From Mobula hypostoma (lineage: Eukaryota), in contig NC_086097.1 in assembly GCF_963921235.1 (NCBI RefSeq), positions 228,782,001-228,846,000 of the forward strand: 64,000 nt of DNA, written 5' to 3'. Each line of letters starts with the position of its first letter. Within the stretch, counting starts at the first letter, position 1. The translations under genes were made by a program, and so were the position numbers. Below are positions 26,461 to 39,900 of this stretch, piece after piece. Below the pieces are notes generated by a model. That model was given only the letters and a program-made list of their open reading frames with translations, ran no database searches and was not told where the DNA came from.

Positions 26461-27971
26461 AGGTGATAATTTTTCAAAACTCGTTAGATTCTGGACTAGT
26501 TCCTGAGGATTGGAGGGTGGCTAATGTAACCCCACTTTTTAAAAAAGGAGGGAGAGAGAAACCGGGGAATTATAGGCCGGTTAGCCTAACGTCGGTGGTG
26601 GGGAAACTGCTGGAGTCAGTTATCAAGGATGTGATAACAGCACATTTGGAAAGCGGTGAAATGATCGGACAAAGTCAGCATGGGTTTGTGAAAGGAAAAT
26701 CATGTCTGACGAATCTCATAGAATTTTTTGAGGATGTAACTAGTAGAGTGGATAGGGGAGAACCAGTGGATGTGGTATATTTGGATTTTCAAAAGGCTTT
26801 TGACAAGGTCCCACATAGGAGATTAGTGTGCAAACTTAAAGCACACGGTATTGGGGGTAAGGTATTGGTGTGGGTGGAGAATTGGTTAGCAGACAGGAAG
26901 CAAAGAGTGGGAATAAACGGGACCTTTTCAGAATGGCAGGCGGTGACTAGTGGGGTACCGCAAGGCTCAGTGCTGGGACCCCAGTTGTTTACAATATATA
27001 TTAATGACTTGGATGAGGGAATTAAATGCAGCATCTCCAAGTTTGCGGATGACACGAAGCTGGGTGGCAGTGTTAGCAGTGAGGAGGATGCTAAGAGGAT
27101 GCAGGGTGACTTGGATAGGTTGGGTGAGTGGGCAAACTCATGGCAGATGCAATTTAATGTGGATAAATGTGAAGTTATCCACTTTGGTGGCAAAAATAGG
27201 AAAACAGATTATTATCTGAATGGTGGCCGATTAGGAAAAGGGGAGGTGCAATGAGACCTGGGTGTCATTATACACCAGTCATTGAAAGTGGGCATGCAGG
27301 TACAGCAGGCGGTGAAAAAGGCGAACGGTATGCTGGCATTTATAGCGAGAGGATTCGAGTACAGGAGCAGGGAGGTACTACTGCAGTTGTACAAGGCCTT
27401 GGTGAGACCACACCTGGAGTATTGTGTGCAGTTTTGGTCCCCTAATCTGAGGAAAGACATCTTTGCCATAGAGGGAGTACAAAGAAGGTTCACCAGATTG
27501 ATTCCTGGGATGGCAGGTCTTTCATATGAAGAAAGACTGGATGAACTGGGCTTGTACTCGTTGGAATTTAGAAGATTGAGGGGGGATCTGATTGAAACGT
27601 ATAAGATCCTAAAGGGATTGGACAGGCTAGATGCGGGAAGATTGTTCCCGATGTTGGGGAGGTCTAGAACGAGGGGTCACAGTTTGAGGATAGAGGGGAA
27701 GCCTTTTAGGACCGAGGTTAGGAAAAACTTCTTCACACAGAGAGTGGTGAATCTGTGGAATTCTCTGCCACAGCAAACTGTTGAGGCCAGTTCATTAGCT
27801 ATGTTTAAAAGGAAGTTAGATATGGCCCTTGTGGCTACAGGGGTCAGGGGGTATGGAGGGAAGGCTGGGTTCTGAGTTGGATGATCAGCCATGATCATAA
27901 TAAATGGCGGTGCAGGCTCGAAGGGCCGAATGGCCTACTCCTGCACCTATTTTCTATGTTTCTATGTTTCT
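26461..27971 (+). mobile_element. Young CR1 LINE (RT ORF2 with a single nonsense codon) inserted in another CR1
   Basis: ORFs 26463-27254 and 27282-27875 are in frame, broken only by TGA at 27252-27254 in the QRDLGV motif; the host CR1 runs 26411-26460 and resumes at 27972-28212. Confidence 0.92.
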
Positions 27972-28609
27972 AACATGAGGGGGAACTTCTTTACTCAGAG
28001 AGTGGTAGCTGTGTGGAACGAGCTTCCAGCAGAAGTGGTTGAGGCAGGTTCGATGTTGTCATTTAAAGTTAAACTGGATAGATACATGGACAGGAAAGGA
28101 ATGGAGGGTTATGGGCCGAGTGCAGGTCGGTGGGACTAGGTGAGAGTAAGAGTTCAGCACGGACTAGAAGGGCCGAGATGGCCTGTTTCCGTACTGTAAT
28201 TGTTACATGGTTATAAATCTCCTTTAAGCTTCCCCCTCCCACCTTAAAGCTGTGCCCTCTAATATTTGACATTACCATTCCAGGAACACTCTCTGACTGT
28301 CTACCCTATCTACTTCTAACATAATTTTATGGATGTCTACCCAGAAAAACCAATCCATGTTTGTCCAACCTCTCCTTATAGCTTCAAACCCTGTTCTTGT
28401 AGACATGCTTGCTGAGTATAATTTTCAATTTTTTTTATATATTTGCTGTTGCTCTAATGCTCTTTTTTGCCTCTTGTTCTTTTTTATTATTTCCCCTGTG
28501 AATTTTCTACAACCAGCTTGATGCTCAACCTGGTACTAGGCATGTCTCCTTTAACACGGCTTTATTTTGCTGTTTATTGCTCCTCTCTGTGCTTTGTGGT
28601 GCATCGAGT

Positions 28610-28779
28610 GTCAAGCTTGCCCTTTTTGTAGCATTTGCCTGTCTTTTTTTATGAGGCCAAGTTGCTAGCTTGATGCTCAACCCAGCACGTATAGTAAGCG
28701 TGCCAAGAGCCAGTTGGATTCGAACACGGGATCACTCTCTTCGAAGTCTGGTGCAAAAGCCACTACACCACCAGCTGGC
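28610..28779 (-). mobile_element. tRNA-derived SINE
   Basis: Minus-strand head GCCAGCTGGTGGTGTAGTGG (A box) ... GTTCGAATCC (B box) followed by a non-tRNA body. Confidence 0.7.
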
Positions 28780-29654
28780 TTGCTTTATTTCAGTCTCTAT
28801 TTATTTTGGTCATCCATGGAGTTAAATTTTCCTCAGAAGAAGTCTGTTCAAATTGTAACCAAAGATACAGTATCTCTATTTTAAAGGTTTCCCATTGCTC
28901 AGTTATATGTTTGCCTGCCAACCTTCTTCCCATCTGCCATCTGATTTCTGAATGGACATTGATGGACATTGAACCCATGAACACTACCTCACTCCTTTTT
29001 TTAACTACATGTATACTTACTGTATTTCATAGTTTTTAAAATTATTAAGTTCTGCAACAAATTTCATGACATGTGCCGGTGATATTAAACCCGATTCTTA
29101 TTCTGATCTGATTCCAATTTGCCTGCACTGGGTATATTCTTATCTCTTTGTCTCTAATTCACAGTGTGCAGCAGTAACTACAGGAATGATATCAAAAAGA
29201 TTGAAAGAGTACAGAGCAAATCTACAGGAATACTGTCAGGACTTGAGGACCTGAGCTATAGAGGAAGGTTGAACAAGTTAAGACTTCATTCCCTGGAGCG
29301 CAGGAGAACTAGAGTAGATTTGATGGAGGTATGGAAAAATTATGAAGGGTATAGATAAGGTAAATACACGCAGACTTCAAAAGGCGATACCCTCCTCTCA
29401 TACAGGAGTCTGAAGACACACACTCAACATTTTAGGAACAGCTTCTTCCCCTCTGCCATCAGATTCCTGAATGGTCCATGAACCCATGAACACTACCACA
29501 TAATTTTACTTCCTTTTAGCACTATTTATTTTATATAAATATATTTCTGATTATAACTTACAGTAAGTTTTATGTATTCCACTATGCTACTGCTGCAAAA
29601 TCACAAAGTTCATGACATATGTCAGTAATAATAAACCTGATTTTGATTCTGATA

Positions 29655-30855
29655 CATACTGAGTAAAGATGACATAAAATGAGAAAAGTATATGAGAAGC
29701 TAAAGTCAGATGTATCAGTATTACAGTAGAGAAAAGGGAATTACAGAGGCATGAGAGAGGAGTTGGCCTGAATTGATTGGAAAAGAGCACTGGCAGGGAT
29801 GAAGGATGAGCAGCAACGACTGGAATTTCTGCAAGCAATTCAGAAGGCACAGCATATATACGTCCCAAAGAGGAAGAAGTTTTCTAAAGGAAAGATGACA
29901 CAACCGTGGCTAACAAGAGAAGTCAAATCCAACATAAAAGCTAAAGGGACGGCATATTATAGAGCAAATATGAGTGGGAATTGGTTGTTTTATTGCAAAG
30001 TTTGCAGAAGATATGAAGATAGGAGGAGGGAAGTACAGAGGCTACAGAAGGATTTAGACAGATTAGGAAAATGGGCAAAGAAATGGCAGATGGAATACAG
30101 TGTTGGGAAGTGTATGGTAGAAAAAATGTGAGGGTTAAATATGTTCTAAATGGAGAGAAAATACAAAAAAAAACTGAGACACAAAGGGATTTTGGAATCC
30201 TTGTTCAGGATTCCCTAAAGGTTAAGTTGCAGGTTGAGTCTGTGGTGAGGAAGGCAAATGCAATGTTAGCATTCATTTCAAGAGTACTAAAATATAAAGG
30301 CAACAATGTAATGTTGAAACTTTATAAGGCATTGGTGAGGCCTCACTTGGAGTATCGTGAGCAGGTTTGGGCCTTGGTAAAGGATATGCTGAAATTGGAG
30401 AGGTTTCAAAGGAGATTCATGAAAAAGATTCCAGGATTGAATGGCTTGTCATATGAAGAGCATTTGATGGCTCTGGGCCTGTATTCACTGGAATTCAAAA
30501 GAATGAGCTCATTGAAACCATCAAATGTTGAAAGGCCTTGATGAAGTGGATGTGGAGAGGATGTTTCCTATGGTCGGAGAGTCTAAGGCCCGAGGACGCA
30601 GCCTCAGAATAGGGGACGTCCTTTTAGAATGGAGATGAGGAGGAATTTCTTTAGCCAGAGAGTGGAGAATCTGTGGAATTCTTTGCCACAGGCAACTGTG
30701 AAGGCCAAGTCTTTATGTATGTTTAAGGCAGAGGTTGATAGATTCTTGATTGGTCAGGGTTTGGAGGGAAACATGGAGAAGGCAGGAGATTGGGGCTGAG
30801 AGAAAAATTGGATTAGCAATGATAAAATAGCCTAATTCTGCTCCTATATTTTATG
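29655..30855 (+). mobile_element. CR1 LINE fragments with internal deletion
   Basis: QPWLTREVK; LQKDLDRLGKWAKKWQMEY; LYKALVRPHLEY; CR1 3' tail. Confidence 0.85.
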
Positions 30856-31129
30856 GTCTTTTGGAAAGATAAAATTGGAATTTACAAAAAGGCGAAATGG
30901 TTTCTTAAAAACATAAAATCAATTCTAGTTCAAGTCTTGACTGCCAAAATCCTCATTAGACACTTTTGTACAAGCAATCTTGGATGCTGCCTGAATGAGG
31001 CAGCAATTTCATTAGTGCATGCAAAGCATATTTTCGAGTCCTAATATAATTTGAACAGACTGCTAGGTAGTACCCAAGAAGAGCTCCTTCTTTTCTGCTC
31101 AGCAAATAGCTGCCTGTAAGATTTGATTA

Positions 31130-31918
31130 AGTTCAAGTTTAAATATCATTCAACCATAAATTAATATTCGGGGGCCAAGGTGCAAAACACAGTACCAACA
31201 GTTATACACAGCCCAAGGCACATATACAGTAGCACATATAAGATAGAAAGTAAACATACAGTCGCACAAAATACATATGTATGTAGCCAAAGTCCCTGAG
31301 TGACGTGCTGTAAACTGATGGTGTATGGGTATTATTGGCAAGAACAAGCAGTTCTCAGCAGTCTGCAAACAAATGTACACACGCAGGCAATCCAGCTTGT
31401 CATTCCACTGATCAAACACTGGTTGGACCAACCCCCAACCTAGCATGGTCACTGCACTGCACAGCCACTGGTGTCTCCTCTCCTGGACTGCTGCAACAGG
31501 CAAGCCCACGGCTTGAGACCTAGTTCTTAATACAACCAAGGTCATACAGCTCCCTCAACATCTGTCTCACCAATAAACAAGGGAAATGGACTTGCAGAAT
31601 TTTACATTATCAATGCCCGACAGGATCTTCTGAACACAAGAGAAACATCAAAGGTAATCACTCGCTGTTAGAGAGCACACAGTCTTCAAGCACCAACTCC
31701 AATGGCTTCCTGTAGCAGGCAGTTACTTGGTGCCCACAAAGACCAGCTTCTCCACCATCGAGCAGCTCACTCATGGGGTAGATTTGCAGTACTTGAATCT
31801 CTTATTGACCTGCATTGTCTTGTGATCATGAAAAATACATTTAAAAAATACAGGAACACTTTTGGTTGGTCCCCGAGAGGCCGCTGCATCTGAACACGCT
31901 ATTATCTTACCAGAAGTA
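31130..31918 (-). mobile_element. Non-autonomous LINE-derived element
   Basis: Minus strand starts CTTCTGGTAAGAT...GATGCAGCGGCCTCTC and ends in an (AACTTG)n tail like those at 23460-23472. Confidence 0.5.
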
Positions 31919-32529
31919 ACTAAGAATAACAGCACCTAAGCTAAGTCGAAAACTTTTCTTGCTGCTGGAAGGAATTAAAATAAAAATATGTGGCCTAGAG
32001 AATACTTCAAAGCCAGGTGCACATACGTCTGTAAAATTTACCTTCAGAACTTTTTTGTATTACAAAGAATTACAACACATTAAACAAGCCATTTGGTCCA
32101 AAACGTCTGTGTCAATATGTATTTTCAAGTAATTCTATCAACATATCCTTCTTTTATCTTCCATAGTTATTTAGCTGTCCTCTAACCACATTGATGCTCT
32201 TCACTTCAACCTCTCCCTGTGGCTTGAGTTCCATCAACTCTCAGTGCAAAGAGGTTGCCTCTGAATCCTCTACAGGATTTATTGGTTGTCCTATATTTGT
32301 GACACAACCTGGACACAACAATTGTAAGTATCACATCTATATTTAACTATCAAACACATAGGAGAAGCAACCTACATGTATCGAGTCACCCTAAGTTCCT
32401 TGGAGTGAGCATCACCAATAGATCGTGCTGGTCCTACCATGTAGATGCCATAACTAAGAAACTTCACCAGCACCTCCAGTTCCTCGTCATAGAGTCTTAG
32501 AGCACTAGTAGCGCAATCGTTCAAGTTGA

Positions 32530-34310
32530 GTAAGTTGTTCTCCTAAGGAGCTGTCTAATGGTGGACCCTCAGTTGGCTGTAGAGGCTGATCTGATATCCA
32601 CATATTCTGCTGCAATGTGGACACGAGTAAGTCATGGCTATGGTTGGTGACTGGGTTCTTTTGCTTGTCCAGTCTCTCCTTTCACAGCTGTTGCAGCACA
32701 GCGGAGGTCACTCGTATGTAGTGCAGCAACATGAGATCGACTTTGAACAGATTTCCTCCAGGTGCATCTGTTGAATGCAGTTTTCCCAGTTTTACAATGT
32801 AATGTTGAATTTCTTCAGGCTGATTTTGAAGTTGTCTTTGAAGCATTTCCTTTACCCACCAGGGACTTCCTTGAACTGGGAGTGAAGGATCTGTTTGGGG
32901 AGATGTGAGTTAGGCATCCTGCTGACATGACCAATCCATTGGAGTTGGTGTTGCTTTGTCATGGTGGAGATACTGTATATGTTGGCCTCCTCCAGTACAT
33001 TTGTGTTAGTGCATCTGTCCTTCCATCTGATCCCCAAAATCTTTCGTAAGGCTCTTTGGTACTATTGTTCCAGAGCTTTCAGGTGTCTCTGTAGGTGGTC
33101 CATGATTCAGCTCCATATAGTAATGTAGGAAGGATGACTGCTCTATAGACCAAAAGTTTTGCTTGGACCTGTAGGTCATGTTCTTCAAAGATCCTTTCTT
33201 AATCTTGCACTGTTCAGGTGGTTGTTAATTCCTGAGCCAATGTCTGCTTTTGAAGAGAGAATGCTGCCAAGATAGGAAAAATGGTCCATATTTTCAAGGG
33301 CAATATCATCAACCTTTATGGGGGCTGGATAATTGCCAAGTTAGGTGGTGGCTGATATGGGACCTGTGTCCTTTATATTCAAAACAAAGACCCAGGGCAC
33401 TATACACTTTGGTAAAGGCATTCAGAATACATAGAGTTCTTCTTCAGAGAGCGCTGCAATGGATGGCATGGTCATCAGTGTACTGAAGCTCCATGATAGT
33501 GGTGATGCTGACCTTGTTCTTGGCCTTGAACCAGTTGAGGTTGAGAAGTCTGTTGTCCATTCTATACACGACTGGGATTCCCTGAGGCAGTCACGGCCAA
33601 TGAGGATGGCAGCAATGATACAGCCCTGTTTGACTCCTGTCTTGACAGTGAAGGGTTCTGGTTCAGTGCCAATATTGGTGAGTACTGTGGCTGACATGCC
33701 ATCATACAGTAGCCTCAGTAATCGTAAGTACCTGTCAGGACAGCCATGTGTTGACAGTGTATGCCAGAGAGCTTGGCTGTCTACTGTGTCAAATGTCTTT
33801 GTCAAATCTATGAAAGCCAAGTACAAGGTTTGCCATTGTTCATGGCATTTTTCCTGTAATTGGAGTGCTGTGTAGATCATGTTTGTCGTACCTCTAGATA
33901 GACAGAAATCACACTGTGATTCAGTGAGTATTTCTTCAGATAGCAGAAGGAGTCAGATATGTCGGTGACAGGAGGAAGATGTCTCTATAATTGCCACAAT
34001 CTGCTTTGTCTCCCTTCATGAATATGGTCACTATTAAAGCATCCCTGAGCTCTGAGGGCATTGTTACTTTCCCTACACCCTCAGGAGCAAGGCATTATGT
34101 GGTGCAGGAATGCTGGCCCACCTTCTTTGACGTTCTCTGCTGGGATCCCGTCAGGACCAATGGTTTTATTTCCTTTCGGGCTCCTGGTGGCATCATGGAC
34201 CTCGTTCACACTGGGAGGCTTCCCCATGTCTTCTCTCACAGGTTTCTGGAGATTTTGGTTAGTAACTCTGGCTCAGCTGTGCTGTCGCAGTTAGGCTCTC
34301 TTCATCAATC
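32530..34310 (-). mobile_element. RTE (BovB-like) LINE pseudogene
   Basis: MIYTALQLQEKCHEQWQTLYLAFIDLTKTFDTVD...HGCP...GVKQGCII; QLQWIGHVSRMPNSHLPKQIL C-terminus. Confidence 0.85.
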
Positions 34311-34329
34311 ATCTATACCCTTCTTTGAG

Positions 34330-34480
34330 GGTTTACCTATGCTCCATCCGCCAGCAAAAGTGGGACCTCCCTGTGGCCACCCATTTTAATTCTACATCCA
34401 ATTCCCATTCTGACATGTCAGTCTATGGCCTCCTCTACTGCCGCAATGAGGCCATACTCAGGTTGGAGGAGCAACACTTT
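34330..34480 (+). mobile_element. Penelope GIY-YIG fragment
   Basis: DLPVATHFNSTSNSHSDMSVYGLLYC...LRLEEQH, homologous to 1560-1720. Confidence 0.8.
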
Positions 34481-34489
34481 ATACTTTCA

Positions 34490-35157
34490 ATGGAACCCAG
34501 TGTTCTTCAATATCCTCTGGATATTTATGTTTTAATAATGTTATGTCTGGATAATTATGTTCCCCAAATGAGGCCTGAAAGTGCTGTTGCATGGCAGTGT
34601 CAAGCAGGCACTCTAGTTTTAGTCTTGTCCTATTCTGCTTCTTATGAACCCTTACGTTTTTCATGAAGCTGATGGACCATGGTAGAGCAGATTAGGCATT
34701 GATCTGTCCAGCAGTCATCTCTGCCTTGTGATATTCACATTTTGAGAGCTTATAGTCGGTGAGATACCTCTGTTTAGATCAGGGGTGCTGCCAAGTTTTT
34801 TTTGGCATAAGAGGTTGTTTGTGATTTTATAATGTGTTCAGTATATTTAGTAGTAGTACTCTATCTGAGTAGTAGTACTCTATCTGAGTAGTAGTACTCC
34901 ATCTGAGTTGTAGCACTCTATCTGAGTTGTAGCACCCTATCTGAGTTGTAGCACTCTATCTGAGTTGTGGTACTCCATCTGAGTTGTAGTATTCTATCTG
35001 AGTAGTAGTACTCCATCTGAGTTGTAGTACTCTATCAATATTCCAGCAGTGCTCAGGCAGGACAGATTAGAGGGCTCATTTGGGGAACATAATTATCCAG
35101 ACATAACATTATTAAAACATAAATATCCAGAGGATATTGAAGAACACTGGGTTCCAT
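34490..35157. repeat. Perfect 83-bp inverted repeat (34490-34572 / 35075-35157)
   Basis: The arms are exact reverse complements; the same peptide SFGEHNYPDITLLKHKYPEDIEEHWVP appears in opposite-strand ORFs. Confidence 0.92.
34851..35036. repeat. 19-bp minisatellite, about 10 copies
   Basis: Unit GTAG(T/C)ACTC(T/C)ATCTGAGT(A/T), period 19. Confidence 0.92.
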
Positions 35158-35159
35158 AT

Positions 35160-37130
35160 GGGTGGAGCAACTTAATTTTCCTAACTAACCTCCCATGCGG
35201 GACTTTGTCAAAGGCCTTACTGAAGTCCATGTAGACAACATCCACTGCCTTCCCTTGATCCACTTTCCTGATAACCTCCTCAAAAAATTCTAATAGATTG
35301 GTTAAACATGACCTACCACACACAAAGCCATGTTGACTCTTGCTAATCAGTCCCTGTCTATCCAAATACTTGTAGATCCTATCTCTTAGTACTCCTTCCA
35401 ATAATTTACCTACTACCGACATCAAATTTATCGATCTATAATTTCCCAGATTACTTTTAGAGCCTTTTTTAAATAACGGAATAACATGAGCCATTCTCCA
35501 ATCCTCCGGCACCTCACCCCTAGACATCGACATTTTAAATATACCTGCCAGAGCCCCTGAAATTTCAACATTAGTTTCCTTCAAGGTCTGAGGGAATACT
35601 CTGTCAGGTCCTGGAGATTCATCTACTCTGATTTGCCTCAAGATTATCTACCAGATGGGTTCCAGAAAGAGAACATAAGACCATAAAACATAGGAGCAGA
35701 ATGAGACCATTTAACCCATCGAGTCTGCTCTGCTATTCTATCTACCTTATTCATACACTGCAAGCACTCAGTTATAACACTTTCAGTCCTGTATTCATCA
35801 CCCTTTTTGATTTTCACCTCCTGTCACACTTTAACTCATCCCACTGACCTCAATTTTGCCCTATCATCTGCCTGTCCTTCCTCACAGTCTCATTGCTCAC
35901 TCAGTCTAGTTGTATATGATATGCCCCATCATCAGCCCTATTGCTTCAGTTCCCATCCCCCTGTCAAATTAATTTAAACTCTCTCTGACACCCTACAAAC
36001 CTGCCCACAAAGCCATTGGTCCCCCTCGAGTTCAGGTGTAAACCACCTTTTTTGTACAGGTCATACTTTCCCCAGAAGAGATCCCAATGATCCAGAAATC
36101 TGAATCCCTGTCCCCTGCACGAATTCCTCAGCCACACATTTATCTGTGAAATCATCCTATTCTCACCCTTATCAGCACATGGCACAGGCAGCAATCCAGA
36201 GATTACTAAACTGGATGTCCTGCTTTTCTGCCTACTGCCCAAATCCCTATATTCCCTCTTCAGTAACTCCTCCCTTTTGCTAACTATCATTGGCACTAAT
36301 ACGTAGAGCAACGTCTGGCTGTTCAAAGGTTTCAAAGGTACATTTAATGTCAGAGAAATGTATACAATATACATCCTGAAATTCTTTTTCTTCGCAAACA
36401 TCCACAAAAACAGAGTGCCCCAAAGAGTGAATGACAGTTAAATGTTAGAACCCCAAAGTGGACCCCCCAGCTCCCCCCACCCACGCATAAGCAGCATCAA
36501 AGCAACAATCCTCCTTCCCCACCAGCAAATAAAAGCATCGGCGCCATCCACCGAGCACTCAAGCGTGCAGCAAAGCACCAGTAAAGACACAGACTTGCAG
36601 TACCCCAACAACTACTCATTCACCCAGTAATTCAACATACCAATGGCTCTCTCTCCCTAATAAGGGAAAAAGATATGTCCCCATTTCACAGCGAGTGGGG
36701 AGACATAACAACCCTCCTCCTTTAGAGTACCATGGACTGATTCTGAAACATCCCTGACCTTAGCACTTGAGAGGCAACTTACTGTCTGAGTGTCCACAGA
36801 ATCTGGTTTCTGCCCCTCTAATTATGGAATACCCTATCACTACTGCTTTCCTCTTCCCTTCCCTTCTGAGCCACAAAGCTGTAGTATGTCGCCCTCCCCA
36901 TCAGTATCCAAAGCAGTAACTTATTATTGAGGGGATTGACACAATGGTTCCCTGCACTGGCTGCCTATCCTGTGGCTCTGCACTGGGCCTCTCCAACAAT
37001 GGCCGCTCCACCTATACCTTCCTTTTTTATTGGCCCCGTGCCGATTTCAGCCCACCAAAAGAAAGATGAAAATTCCCAAGCTCTTTATAAACTTCGTGCT
37101 GCGTCACCAACAAATGGCCTCTTGTGCTGA
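35160..37130 (-). mobile_element. CR1 fragments (ORF2 RT piece and ORF1 SGNH-esterase piece) with inserts
   Basis: 35160-35645 GEVPEDWRMAHVIPLFKKG...[11 protein letters not shown]; 35964-36300 VISGLLPVP...WLRNSCRGQGFRFLDHWDLFWG...LHLNSRG; unrelated insert at ~36320-36710. Confidence 0.8.
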
Positions 37131-37799
37131 TTTCAGCCCGCCCAAAGAGCAGCTAGATCAATCTGGGATCTCTTCAGTTCTCTGACGATGTTTACAGTTT
37201 TCCTCTCTGGTCGACCACTGGTTGCACTATCTATCAGAGTGTGCACTTTGCAGGCTCCTACGATCATGTTTCTTTGTTCTGAACGCCTATGGTGATACCT
37301 ATTTGCACAGTAATCCAGTCAGAAAGGGTCGAGGTGGGCTATTTTTAGGGCACTTTTTCCAGAACCTTCCCTGAGCGAGGTGAGCTGAGTGAATCCTAAA
37401 GAGGGCTGCTCAGTAATAGTTGCAGCCACCAAAATGCTCTTTCTGCCTCAGACCAAGAGCCCAGTGACTGAGTTAAAAACCCACTGCCCAATGTGTTTTA
37501 TCTCACAACCAGGGGCTTCCAGACCTCACAATTCTGTCCCCTTCACCCCTTGCGAGTCATCACAGGACTTAATCTGGGATGTTAGGGTGGATTCCCTTAA
37601 TGAAGAACACGTGTGCCTCACTTTGTTTAACATAGGAGGCTAATGTATGGGCAGCCAGTACATGGCCCATGGTAGATCGGGGTCAGGGTTCAGTGGCATG
37701 GAGTGAAAGACAACTGAGGACCCTTCACACCTGTAGCCTTCCCCCACTTTCACTGCCTTTGTAATGTGACATCATTTTCTGCCAGTGAAAAAGACCCCC

Positions 37800-39900
37800 A
37801 TCATGTTCCCATTAAACATTTCACCTTTCACCCTTAACATATGACCTCTAGTTGTAGACTTACACCAGGGGTCTCCAACCTCTTTTGCACCGCAAACCAG
37901 TTTAATACTGAGAATATTCTTGCAGATCGGCCGACCGGGGGGCGGGGGGGGTGTTCAAGTAGGGTTAAACTCACCTCGAAATGTCTTTTACAGTTAGCGT
38001 TGCCAACTTTCTCACTCCCAAATAAGGGTCAAAAGTAGCAGTCAAATACGGGACACTTGTGTTTACCCCAAGAAAGACTACCATGACCATGAAGCCTTGC
38101 GTGGGCACCTGTGTGCACATGCAAGATGTGCGCATATGTGACATGTGCATACATGCTGATTTTTTTTCCCACAAATCGGTTTTGGCTTAATCTTCCCGAC
38201 TATACGTACATACGTTATTTCTACTTTATACAGGCTGTGTATTTATGGTATCATTCCTGCTTTTACTACATGTTAGTGATATTTTAGGTTTTATGTGTTA
38301 TTCGGTATGATTTGTTAGGTTATTTTTTGGGTCTGGGAACGCTCAAAAATTTTTCCCATATAAACTAATGGTAATTGCTTCTTCGCTTTACGCCATTTCA
38401 GCATGAAAGGTTTCATAGGAACGCTCTACCTTAGTGGGGGAAATATGAGACAAGGGCGGTCCCATATGGGACAAACCAATTTAGCCCAATATACGGGACG
38501 TCCCGGCAAATACGGGACAGTTGGCAACCCTATGTTCAAGTTCAACAGTGCGTGACAGGGAATGAGGAAAGGTGCAGCTGACTCATATCGTTTCCTTGCG
38601 GCCCGGTAGCACATGCTCTGCGGTCCGGTGGTTGGGGACCGCTGACTTACACAACCTCAGTGAAAAAAGCCTGCTTGCATTTACTCTACCAATACCCCTC
38701 ATAATCGTGTATACCTCTATCAAATCCCCCCTCTTTCTTCTACATTTAATGAATAAAGTCCTAAACTATTCAACCTTTCCCTATAACTGACATCTTCAAG
38801 TCCTGGCAACATCCTTGTAAATTTTCTCTGCGCACTTTCAATCCTATTGACAATTTTATTTACATCATTCCTGTAGGTATGTGACCAAAACTGTAGAAAG
38901 TACACCAAATTAGGCCTCACCAACATCTTATACAACTTCAACATAACATCCCAATTCCTGTACTTACTACCTTGATTTATGAAGGCCAACGTGCCAAGAG
39001 CTTTCTTAATTATGCTATTTATCTGTGATGCCACTATCAAGGAATTATGGATGTGTTTTCCCTGATCCTTCAGTTCTATCATAATCTCAATGCCCTACCA
39101 CATACTGTGTAAGTCCTACCCAGTTTGTCCTCCCAAAGTGCAACACCTCATTCTTGTCTGCATTAAATTCCATCTGCTATTTTTCAGTCCATTTTTCCAG
39201 CTGATTCAGGTCCCACAGCAGGCTTTGATAGCCTTCCTTGCTGTCCACTGCACCCCCAATCTTGGTATCATCTGAAAATTTGATGATTCAGTTTTAATAT
39301 AGATAACAAACAACAACAGACCCAGAACTGATCCCTGTAGCACACCACTAGTCACAGACTTCCAGCCAGAGCCACCACTCTCTGGCTTCTTCAACAAAGC
39401 CAATGTCTCATCCAATCTACCACCACATCTTAAATGCCAAGCAACTGAATCTTCTTGACCAAGGTCCCATGCAGGACCTTGTCAAAGGCCTTGGTAAGGC
39501 AGACAGAATCTTGCCTTCATCAACTTTCCTGAGAACTTCCTTGAAAACTCTATAAGATTGATCAGACACAACCTAACACACAAAAAGCCATGTTGACCAT
39601 CCTTAATCAGTTCTTGTTGAAGCAAATACTTAGAATACTTAGAATACCTTCCAATTACTTACCCACTACTGACATCAAGCAAACCAGCCTATAATTTTCT
39701 GGCTTATTCTTAGAGTCTTTCTTAAACAACGAAACAAGATTTGCTAGCCTCCGCTCCTCCAGCACTTCACCCACGGCTAAGGACATTTTAAATATCTCTG
39801 CCAGGGCCCCTGTAATTTCTGCACCAGTCTCCCACAAGATCCAATGGAACACCTCGTCAGGCCCTGGGGATTTATCCACCCTAATTTGCCTCAAGATAGC
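37800..39900 (-). mobile_element. CR1 LINE (degraded RT) interrupted by hAT MITE
   Basis: RVDKSPGPD...PENYRLV; VTSGVLQGSVLG; LYKMLVRPNL. Confidence 0.85.
37866..38644 (-). mobile_element. hAT (Charlie-like) MITE
   Basis: TIRs CAGGGGTCTCCAACC / GGTTGGGGACCGCTG; perfect 8-bp TSD ACTTACAC (37858-37865, 38645-38652); related to 12329-13567 in the opposite orientation. Confidence 0.9.

Noticed and set aside
28705..28779. tRNA-like sequence on the minus strand
   Set aside because: A/B boxes are present but the cloverleaf is imperfect and it continues into a SINE body, so it is treated as a SINE head.
31911..31964. Strong-looking minus-strand exon
   Set aside because: The donor is supplied by the 5' end of a repeat (CTTCTGGTAAGAT), so it is probably coincidental.
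34851..35036. CRISPR-like periodic array
   Set aside because: Contiguous 19-bp units with no unique spacers, in a eukaryotic context: a minisatellite.
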